From an uncultured Pelagibacteraceae bacterium (lineage in GTDB: Bacteria > Pseudomonadota > Alphaproteobacteria > Pelagibacterales > Pelagibacteraceae), in assembly GCA_902540545.1 (NCBI GenBank), contig CACBMY010000001.1, positions 41,077 to 105,076 of the forward strand: a stretch of DNA of 64,000 nt, given 5' to 3'. Below the pieces are notes generated by a model, which saw nothing but the letters and a program-made list of their open reading frames with translations, had not been told where the DNA came from and made no database searches. This document shows, in pieces, positions 44,701-52,395 of the stretch (position 1 is the stretch's first letter; each line of letters begins with the position of its first letter). The translations under genes were made by a program, and so were the position numbers.

Positions 44701-44848
44701 CAGATGGTACTTCAACACTTGATTTATCACTTTCTAAAGTTATTACAGGGTCATTTTTACAGATTTTATCTCCTTCTTTTACAAGAATTTCTATGATTTC
44801 TACTTCTTCAAAATCTCCAATATCTGGAACTAGTAATTTTTCACTCAT
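41780..44848 (-). CDS. aceE: Pyruvate dehydrogenase E1, homodimeric type, with N-terminal lipoyl domain
   Basis: DIDPQETKEW, YFQGHSAPG, FPTVSMGLG, GDGE TPP motif, GEGLQHQDG; extra N-terminal ESDKSSVE domain. Confidence 0.96.
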   Translation of the reverse strand: MSEKLLVPDIGDFEEVEIIEILVKEGDKICKNDPVITLESDKSSVEVPSAFEGVVDSINIKIGDKVSKGDLILTLSSENGTQQKQETIEKIPPATEKIIAEAENSNGYNNSELDTSAHKEIKVENTQVDEHNERLEIVENNNDIDPQETKEWLESLSAVVHSEGPERAHFLIKQLIDQAYKEGSNIPYTQNTPYINTIPADEEIKSPGDQNIERKIRALIRWNSAVMVVRANMRDPSLGGHIGTFASAATLYDIGMNHFWRAKSNKFGGDLIYFQGHSAPGIYARAFLEGRLDEKQLDRFRQEVYPGGLSSYPHPWLMPKFWQFPTVSMGLGPMMATYQARFMKYLINRKLIKDENRKVWSFLGDGEIDEPEALGSIGLAAREKLDNLIYVVNCNLQRLDGPVRGNGKIIQELEGIFRGAGWNVIKVIWGSYWDPLLANDKSGLLVKRMNEAVDGEYQAFKAKGGLYVRDNFFGKYPELKNLVASYTDSDIWKLNRGGHDPHKVYAAYHKAINTKDRPTVILAKTIKGYGMGKSGESINTTHQQKKLGVDDLLYYRDRFDVPLTDEQVKNIEYFRPDENSEEIKYLKKRRLALGGYIPERSSFSKPIKTPNNDIFDFMKKSTGEKEMSTTMALVRMLTNLLRDKNVAPRLVPIIPDEARTFGMEGFFQKIGIYAHEGQKYEPEDSAQLSSYKEEKSGQVLEEGINEAGSMASWIAAGTSYSNHDIEMIPIYLFYSMFGFQRTGDFAWAAGDSQTRGFLIGATAGRTTLAGEGLQHQDGHSHLLASTIPNCVSYDPTFHYELATIFKEGLRRMHEKHENIFYYITTMNENYSHPQMPKDCEEGILKGMYKIKDFSKNKKNKIQLLGSGTILREMIEAAEILQNEYQVDSEVWSVTSFNELRRDGLETERYNLLNPGGEKKISYVEKCLGKTEGPILAASDYMRMNSDQIRPYINKSFYSLGTDGFGRSDTRKNLRKFFEVDKEHIVAYGLSILSNEQLIASKHAVDAIKKYKIDKDKPMPTKL

Positions 44849-44959
44849 TTCGCTATTTGTATATATATATATTATTTACTTTTAATAGATGTATATTTTT
44901 GACCATTATTAAAATTTAGTAAAATTAATAATAAATGTTAAAAGAATAGATTAAATTTA

Positions 44960-45036
44960 GCGCCTGTAGCTCAATTGGATAGAGCGCTTGGCTACGGACC
45001 AGGAGGTTCTGGGTTCGACTCCTAGCAGGCGCACCA
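44960..45036 (+). tRNA. tRNA-Arg(ACG)
   Basis: GCGCCTG/CAGGCGC acceptor stem, CTTGG-CTACGGA-CCAGG, GGTTCGACTCC, CCA. Confidence 0.96.
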
Positions 45037-45132
45037 AAAAGAAGGAAAAATGAAAATATCTTTGCAAAAATCTGTAATTTATTTTTTTGTAATAGTGTTA
45101 ATAATATTATTTTTAATAACTTTAATAATTTA

Positions 45133-45552
45133 ATGAAAAAATTTAAACAAATTAGTGTTAAGAAAGGTTTCATGAGACACAATGGTGGTTTGCTACTAAG
45201 AGATATCTCAAAAACTAAATATGAATTTAAAACTAAAATAAAAAAAAACCATCTTAACAGAGCTGGCATAACTCATGGTGGGTATATAGCATCGATCATA
45301 GATACCGGGTGTGGATCTGGAGCACATAGAATTTCGGGTAATCAGCCTTGTGTAACTATAACACTTAATATTAATTTTATCGGACCTTCAACTATTGGTG
45401 ATGAAATTTTTGGATATGTAAAAATTAAAAAAAAAACAAAAAGCATGGTTTTTTTAGAGTGCTATTTAGAATGTAAAGGTAAAATAATTGCATCTGCTAC
45501 AGGTATTTGGAAAATACTTCAACGTAAGTTACCTCATGCAGGTCTAAGCTAA
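45133..45552 (+). CDS. PaaI-family thioesterase
   Basis: HLNRAGITHGGYIASIID hotdog-fold motif. Confidence 0.9.
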   Translation: MKKFKQISVKKGFMRHNGGLLLRDISKTKYEFKTKIKKNHLNRAGITHGGYIASIIDTGCGSGAHRISGNQPCVTITLNINFIGPSTIGDEIFGYVKIKKKTKSMVFLECYLECKGKIIASATGIWKILQRKLPHAGLS

Positions 45553-47870
45553 ATTCTTCTTCTTATATTTAAATAACCAAAGATTGATAAAAGAATAAGA
45601 GCGATAGGATAAATTATTTCTTTTTTTGGTCTATTCTGATTTTCAATTTTAAATTCATTAATAATATCTCCCATATCTAAACCAGATTTTTTTGCAATTC
45701 CATTCCATTTTAAAGTATCTATTATGGTTTTATTATCTTCTACAACTAAGCTCATTCCATAATCATCTAAACTGAAATTTTCATCAAAACTATTTTTTTC
45801 AATTACAAATAATTTATATCTTTCGCCGTACTCTGTAAGTCTGGTAATTTTAATTCTTATCTCTTTATTATAATCAAACTGTTTTTTGTTTATTTCTTCA
45901 ATACTTAAATGGTTATATTTTGGGTAAAATTTATTTAAAATGAATTCTGGAGATAATAATGATATTGAAATTATTAAAAAAATAATAATCTCATACCATC
46001 TCAATTTATTTATAAACCATCCCTGAGTGGCAGAAGTAAATACTAAAATCCCAATCAATGAGGTTACTATGACCATTAAGCCATGCCATATACTTTTAAT
46101 ACCAATTAATAATAACTCGCTGTTAAATAAGAATACAATAGGAAGTATTCCTGTTCTCAGACTATACCAAAATGCCTGGGCTCCTGTTCTTAATGGATCT
46201 CCCCCAGAAATAGCAGCAGCTGCGTAAGATGCTAAGCCAACTGGAGGTGTTACATCTGCCATTAAACCAAAATAGAATACGAATAAATGAACCGCAATTA
46301 AAGGAAAAATAAATCCTGATGCATTTCCAACATCAACAAGAACAGTTGCCATTAGAGACGCTACAACAACATAGTTTGCCGTAGTTGGTAAACCCATACC
46401 CAATAGTAAACACAAAATAATGGTTAAAAATAAAAGAATAATAACATTATCTTTTGCAATCGACTCGATTACAATTATTAAATTAGTGCTCAAACCTGTA
46501 GATCCAACTGCACCAACTATAATCCCTGCTGTTGCAATTGCTATTCCGACACTAACCATATTCAAGGCGCCCTTTTCGAAACCAACAACAGTTTGGTTAT
46601 ACCAATATATTAAAGCATTCTTAAAGTTCTTTTCTTTAAAAAATTTATTTAAAAGATTGACTATAATTAATGTTATTGTTGCAAAAAAAATAGAGTAAGA
46701 AGCTGTAAGCCTCATATAAACTAGTAGATATATGAGAACGAATATTGGAACTAAAAAATGTATTCCTTCAAAAAATGTTTTTTTTAATTTTGGAATATCG
46801 TTTTCATCCATACCTTTTAAATTTAATTTAAGTGCTTCAAGGTGAGATATATAAAATAGTGCAATGTAAGAAATAATAGCTGGTAAAAAAGCATGTTTGA
46901 CAACTTCAAAATATGTAACTCCAATAAAACTTGCCATTACAAAAGCTGCTGCTCCCATAACTGGAGGCATTATTTGACCATTAACTGATGAAGATACTTC
47001 GATTGCACCCGCTTTTTCTTTTGAAAAACCTGTCTTTTTCATAATTGGAATTGTAAATGTTCCAGTTGTAACTGTATTAGCAATTGATGATCCTGAGATT
47101 AATCCTGTCATACCAGATCCAAGAATAGCTGCTTTGGCAGGACCACCTCGCATTTTTCCAACCATTGCAAAAGCTAAATCTAAAAAATATTTGCCTCCTC
47201 CAGCAGTTTCTAAAAGTGCTCCAAAAAGTACAAAAAGAAAAATGAAATCAACAGAAACACCTATTGGGATTCCAAAAATTGCTTCTTGATCAAACCATTG
47301 AAAACCAACTAGACGTTTTAATGATAATCCACCATGTGAAATTATATCTGGTGCATATTGACCAAAATAAGAAAATAACAAAAAACAAACCGCAATAACG
47401 ACTAATGGGATGCCTATTACTCTACGGGTGGCTTCAAGAAGAATTAATATTCCAATTATTCCGAGTATTAACTCAATTGGAATAGTAAAATTATCGGAAA
47501 GATTTATTTTAAGTAATATTCCACTCCTATCTACTAATTGATCATAAAAAAAATAAATATATAAACAACAAACCGCACCTGTTATCGCAATTAATATATC
47601 TATAAAATTTACTTTTTTACCCCGTGCATATGGAAATATTAAAAAAGCTAACAAAAGTGCAAAACCAAGATGAATTGCTCTAGCAGGTAAACCTTTAAAC
47701 ATTCCAAAATTAAGCCAAAATGGAAATGGAGAAGCATACCAGAGCTGAAACAAGGACCAAGTTATTGCAATAATTGCAACTAACTTTAAATGAAATCCTG
47801 ATAGGTTTCTTGTAGGAGAAAGATCTTCTTTAATCTTATTTTCAATTTTTTTTTCTATGTCTGCTGACAT
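45549..47870 (-). CDS. TRAP transporter fused 4TM/12TM permease (TAXI type)
   Basis: LLEATRR, RGGPAKAA, GQIMPPVMGAAAF, LGMGLPTTANY, DVTPPVGLA. Confidence 0.95.
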   Translation of the reverse strand: MSADIEKKIENKIKEDLSPTRNLSGFHLKLVAIIAITWSLFQLWYASPFPFWLNFGMFKGLPARAIHLGFALLLAFLIFPYARGKKVNFIDILIAITGAVCCLYIYFFYDQLVDRSGILLKINLSDNFTIPIELILGIIGILILLEATRRVIGIPLVVIAVCFLLFSYFGQYAPDIISHGGLSLKRLVGFQWFDQEAIFGIPIGVSVDFIFLFVLFGALLETAGGGKYFLDLAFAMVGKMRGGPAKAAILGSGMTGLISGSSIANTVTTGTFTIPIMKKTGFSKEKAGAIEVSSSVNGQIMPPVMGAAAFVMASFIGVTYFEVVKHAFLPAIISYIALFYISHLEALKLNLKGMDENDIPKLKKTFFEGIHFLVPIFVLIYLLVYMRLTASYSIFFATITLIIVNLLNKFFKEKNFKNALIYWYNQTVVGFEKGALNMVSVGIAIATAGIIVGAVGSTGLSTNLIIVIESIAKDNVIILLFLTIILCLLLGMGLPTTANYVVVASLMATVLVDVGNASGFIFPLIAVHLFVFYFGLMADVTPPVGLASYAAAAISGGDPLRTGAQAFWYSLRTGILPIVFLFNSELLLIGIKSIWHGLMVIVTSLIGILVFTSATQGWFINKLRWYEIIIFLIISISLLSPEFILNKFYPKYNHLSIEEINKKQFDYNKEIRIKITRLTEYGERYKLFVIEKNSFDENFSLDDYGMSLVVEDNKTIIDTLKWNGIAKKSGLDMGDIINEFKIENQNRPKKEIIYPIALILLSIFGYLNIRRRI

Positions 47871-47884
47871 TCAGCTTAATATAT

Positions 47885-47916
47885 AAAAAAAAAGGCCCAA
47901 TAGATATATTGGGCCT
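47885..47916 (-). terminator. Intrinsic terminator-like hairpin between the TAXI binding-protein and permease genes
   Basis: Minus strand AGGCCCAATA-TATC-TATTGGGCCT, a perfect 10-bp stem followed by a U-run. Confidence 0.85.
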
Positions 47917-47937
47917 CAATTTTTTATATAGATTTAA

Positions 47938-48945
47938 TTACATTAAACCAGCTTCTTTATAATATTTAACAGCTCCAGGATGAAGTGGTGCTGATAAACC
48001 ATCAGCTATCATATTTTTTTTCTCTAAAGGAGCAAAAGCTGGATGTTGTTTTCTAAAATCATCAAAATTTTCAAAAACAGCTTTTGTAACCTGGTAAACT
48101 AAATCTTCAGATACATCCACACTTGTTACTACAGTAGCTTTAACACCGAATGTAGTTACATCTTTTTTCTGTTTAGTATATGTACCTTTTGGAATTGTTG
48201 CAGATGCATAATAATCAGCTCCACTTATAATTCCATCAATTACATCTCCTGTTAAATTGATTGGCATAGCTTTAGCTGCACATGTTGCCGCTTGTTCCAT
48301 TGCCCCATTTGGAAAACCTACTGAATATCCAAACGCATCAATTTTACCATCACATAGAGCTTTTACTTGCTCTGAAGATGTTAGCTCAGTAACAGATTTA
48401 AAGAAACTGTTATCAACGCCCATAGCTTTCATTAATTCTTCCATTGTTCCTCTTTGACCAGAACCTGGATTTCCAATGTTTACTACTTTTCCTTTAAGAC
48501 CCATAAAATCTTTTACTTTTGCTTTTTTTCTTGCCCAGATTTGAAATGGTTCATTATGTACTGAGAAAACGGCTCTTAAATTTTTAAATTGTTTCCCTTC
48601 CCATTTGCTTGATCCATTGTAAGCATGATATTGCCAATCAGATTGAGCTACACCAAATTGAAACTCACCATCTTTTATTTGCCCGATGTTATAATTTGAG
48701 CCTCCAGTTGAAGGAGCGGTACATCTGTAAGCTTTATCTTTCATGCCTTTTTTTCTACCATGTTCAGCACTAATTGCTGATTTGTGTAACATTTTACAAA
48801 TGGCGTTACCTGTCTGAAAGTAAACTCCAGTTGGTCCTCCTGTGCCTATAGTAAAAAACTCTGCTGATTTTGCTATTGATCCAAATGAAAATATGGCAGC
48901 AAAAATAATCAGAGAGCTTGATATTGTTGATAATATTTTTTTCAT
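47938..48945 (-). CDS. TAXI-family TRAP solute-binding protein
   Basis: Signal peptide, IGTGGPTGVYF, STGGS, QSDWQ, GNPGSGQR, PLHPGA; SD AGAGAGGG. Confidence 0.95.
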   Translation of the reverse strand: MKKILSTISSSLIIFAAIFSFGSIAKSAEFFTIGTGGPTGVYFQTGNAICKMLHKSAISAEHGRKKGMKDKAYRCTAPSTGGSNYNIGQIKDGEFQFGVAQSDWQYHAYNGSSKWEGKQFKNLRAVFSVHNEPFQIWARKKAKVKDFMGLKGKVVNIGNPGSGQRGTMEELMKAMGVDNSFFKSVTELTSSEQVKALCDGKIDAFGYSVGFPNGAMEQAATCAAKAMPINLTGDVIDGIISGADYYASATIPKGTYTKQKKDVTTFGVKATVVTSVDVSEDLVYQVTKAVFENFDDFRKQHPAFAPLEKKNMIADGLSAPLHPGAVKYYKEAGLM

Positions 48946-49054
48946 ATACCCTCTCTAAAGTTTTAAAATCAAATCTAACTATTTATTACTTCGAGTGTCT
49001 AGTAAATTCACTAAATATTAAGTATTGCTAATTAAGGAATTTTTTAAATAATTA

Positions 49055-50278
49055 TTATTTTTCAACCCAAGATTTTAATTTATTTACTCCTTCTACAACA
49101 TTTGGAGCATACAATTTTATTATATCATCATTAATATCGGTTTTTTCGTTAATATTTTTCATAAATGTATCTCCATCAAAGTCTGTAAAACTTAAACGAA
49201 CTATCATCCTTTTTTGATCAAATCCAAAATCACTTCCTGGAAGTAAAGCAATATTTAGATTAGTTAAAATTTCATCACATAACATAGAGGAACTATCAAA
49301 TTTTTTGTTCAAAAATTCTGGCAATAAATAAAAGCCTCCCATTGGTTTATTCATAATAATATTATTAGATGATAAATTTCTATATACATACTCTCCAACA
49401 GCTTTGAGAATTTTTTTTGATTTTAAAATGTAGTCATCATGATTGACATTAAAAGCGGATATTGCAGCAAACTGGATTGGTGAACTTACTGCAGAAAATG
49501 TTTCACTTGCTAAAACTTTCATAGATTTAAGTAATTCGATTTTTTTCTTTGGTATTATAAAGTACCCAAGTCTCCATCCTCCAGCACCACACCATTTACT
49601 AAGTCCATTACTTATTACAACATTATCAGGGCAGTGTTCAAAAATAGAAATATAATTTTCATCAAATGTTAGTTCAGAATAAATTTCATCTGATAAAACT
49701 AAAATATTATATTTTTTTACAATTAAAGAAATTTCTTTTAAATTTTTGCATACTTGTCCTGATGGGTTATTTGGAGAATTAAGAAATAAAAGATATTTTT
49801 TATCCGGTTTTTTTAAAATGATTTTTTCTATTTGTTGAGCTTTAGGAAACCAATTATTTTCAGCTGATGTTTGCATCCAGTGGTAATTATTTTTAGCTAT
49901 AATTGATTGTGGTTTGTAGGATACCCAACTTGGAGCTGATAACAAAACTTCACCTTCAAATGCTAAATGCATCAAGAACATTAACTCTTTAGTTCCAGGA
50001 CCTACAATGACCTGATCTAATTTAATTTTGCAATTTTTCTTTTTTGACTCATATTTTGCGATTGAGTCTCTTAATTTATCTAATCCCTGGATAGGTAAAT
50101 AACTTTTCTGATGTGCATTTTTTTTTAATTCTTCAACAATAGTAATTGGAACTGGGAATGGTGATTGTCCAAATCCAAACTTAATAATATTTTTTCCTTC
50201 ATTTTCAATAACTTTTGATTTTTCGTTTATTTTTAGAGTTGCAGATAAACTTAGGCTTTGAATAGTATCTTTGATCAT
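49055..50278 (-). CDS. PLP-dependent aminotransferase class I/II
   Basis: FGFGQSPF, NSPNNPSG, SDEIY, GLSKW...GWRLG. Confidence 0.9.
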   Translation of the reverse strand: MIKDTIQSLSLSATLKINEKSKVIENEGKNIIKFGFGQSPFPVPITIVEELKKNAHQKSYLPIQGLDKLRDSIAKYESKKKNCKIKLDQVIVGPGTKELMFLMHLAFEGEVLLSAPSWVSYKPQSIIAKNNYHWMQTSAENNWFPKAQQIEKIILKKPDKKYLLFLNSPNNPSGQVCKNLKEISLIVKKYNILVLSDEIYSELTFDENYISIFEHCPDNVVISNGLSKWCGAGGWRLGYFIIPKKKIELLKSMKVLASETFSAVSSPIQFAAISAFNVNHDDYILKSKKILKAVGEYVYRNLSSNNIIMNKPMGGFYLLPEFLNKKFDSSSMLCDEILTNLNIALLPGSDFGFDQKRMIVRLSFTDFDGDTFMKNINEKTDINDDIIKLYAPNVVEGVNKLKSWVEK

Positions 50279-52233
50279 TATGATTTTAACTCAATAAGAT
50301 TTTTATATTCATTTAAAGCAGATGGATTTGATAATGCCTCAATATTATTTATTTTATTACCATCTATTACATTTTTAACAGCCACTTCTACAATTTTACC
50401 ATTTTTAGTCCTAGGAATATCTTTTACTGCAATTATTTTAGCGGGTATATGTCTCGGAGAAGCCTCATATCTAATCGTTGTTTTTAGTTTAGCAATTAAA
50501 TTTTCATCTAATTTATTGTTTTTTGATAAAACTACAAAAAGTATTATTCTTACATCGTTATCCCAAGATTGGCCTACTACAATAGACTCTTTTACTTCTT
50601 TAAATTTTTCTACAACAGAATAGATTTCGGCTGTACCAAGTCGAACACCACCTGGGTTTAATGTTGCATCTGATCTTCCATAGATAATATAAGACCCATT
50701 ATTTTTTCTCTCAGCATAATCCCCATGATGCCAAATATTTTTAAATTTTGAAAAATAAGCTTTTTTATATTTAATTTTTTCAGGATCATTCCAAAATTTT
50801 AAAGGCATTGATGGAAAAGGTTTTCTACATACTAATTCTCCTTTTTTGTTTAAAATTGATTTACCTTTTTCAGAAAATACTGCTGTATCCATACCAAGAC
50901 CATTGTTTTGTATTTCTCCACTATTAACTTTTGAATAAATGTTTCCATTTACAAAACAGGAAACAATATCTGTCCCTCCAGAAATAGAGGCTAGATGAAC
51001 ATTTTTTTTTATATTTCTATAAATAAATTCAAAACCATCTTTAGAAAGTGGAGACCCTGTAGAACAAATAGTTTTTAAGGACTTGAGTTTAATTTTTCCT
51101 TTAACCCTAACATTCTGCTTAATAAGTTGATCAATATATTTTGCGCTTATACCAAATAGGGTAACTTTCTCTTTATTTGCGATTTTTAACAATAGCTCTG
51201 GAGATTTATGCATAGGAAAGCCATCAAATAGCAATATTGATGCTTTGGATGCTAAGGCTGTAACAAGCCAATTCCACATCATCCATCCACAAGTTGTAAA
51301 GTAAAATACATTATCATTTGGTTTTATATTGCAATGTAATTGATGCTCTTTCAAATGTTGCAATAAAACACCACCAGATCTATGGCAAATACATTTTGGT
51401 TTACCTGTTGTACCACTTGAGTATAAAATTGCTAATTCGTGGTCAAAATCAAATTTTTTTAATTTATTTCTACTTATTTCAAGTTTTCCAATCTCAGAAA
51501 AATGATAAATTTTTATGTTTTTAATTTTATTTAACTTTCTTAATTTTTTTCCAGGGTAATTTAAGACTAATACAGATTTTATACTTTTTATTTTTTTTAA
51601 TATTTTAGGCAATCTCTCGATAATATTTATTTCTTTTCCGTTGTAATAGTATTTATCAGTAATAATTAATAATTTAGGTTTAATTTGGGAAAAACGTTCT
51701 ATAACTCCAGGTACACCAAAATCGGGTGAACATGAGCTCCAGATTGATCCTATAGCGCTAGCACTTAAAAAGCACTCAACTGTTTCTATTTGATTTGGAG
51801 TATATGCAGCTATCCTATCTTTTTCAGAAATATTTATTTTTTTATAAAATGTAATTATTTTTTTTACGTCAATATTAAGTTCTTTCCAGGACTTTCGTTC
51901 TCTGTAACCATTTTCACTAATAAATGTTATAGCCTTTTGATTAGAATTTTTAACTAAAAGATTTTCTGTAAAATTTAATTTTGAATTAACAAAAAACTTA
52001 CTATTAATAAGATCCTTGGTTAGTTTGAATGTATTAGTTTTAATTCCTATTACTTCAAAATATTTCCAGATGGAATTCCAAAAATCTTTAGGATTTTTTA
52101 TACTCCATTTTAACAACTTTTTATAATTTCTTGAAAAATTATATTTATAATATTTTGAAATAAATTTTTCATATGCAAATAAATTCGAATTTTTTATATC
52201 TGCTTTAGACGGTTCCCAAAGTTTTTTTGGCAT
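50278..52233 (-). CDS. Acetoacetate-CoA ligase
   Basis: WSSCSPDFG, YSSGTTGKPKCI, TTCGWMMWNW, SGGTD, GRSDATLNPGGVRLG. Confidence 0.93.
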   Translation of the reverse strand: MPKKLWEPSKADIKNSNLFAYEKFISKYYKYNFSRNYKKLLKWSIKNPKDFWNSIWKYFEVIGIKTNTFKLTKDLINSKFFVNSKLNFTENLLVKNSNQKAITFISENGYRERKSWKELNIDVKKIITFYKKINISEKDRIAAYTPNQIETVECFLSASAIGSIWSSCSPDFGVPGVIERFSQIKPKLLIITDKYYYNGKEINIIERLPKILKKIKSIKSVLVLNYPGKKLRKLNKIKNIKIYHFSEIGKLEISRNKLKKFDFDHELAILYSSGTTGKPKCICHRSGGVLLQHLKEHQLHCNIKPNDNVFYFTTCGWMMWNWLVTALASKASILLFDGFPMHKSPELLLKIANKEKVTLFGISAKYIDQLIKQNVRVKGKIKLKSLKTICSTGSPLSKDGFEFIYRNIKKNVHLASISGGTDIVSCFVNGNIYSKVNSGEIQNNGLGMDTAVFSEKGKSILNKKGELVCRKPFPSMPLKFWNDPEKIKYKKAYFSKFKNIWHHGDYAERKNNGSYIIYGRSDATLNPGGVRLGTAEIYSVVEKFKEVKESIVVGQSWDNDVRIILFVVLSKNNKLDENLIAKLKTTIRYEASPRHIPAKIIAVKDIPRTKNGKIVEVAVKNVIDGNKINNIEALSNPSALNEYKNLIELKS

Positions 52234-52395
52234 CAAATATTTATATTTATATTGTAAAATTTATGCTAACCTTAGATGATATAAATTGAAAATGAGAACT
52301 TTTTTCTATCTGATTCGGACTAGTTTTAGTCTATTTTTGTTCTTTTTGAGTAACAAAATATAGTAGGCTCAAAAAAGATCATACTAAAAGTTGAT

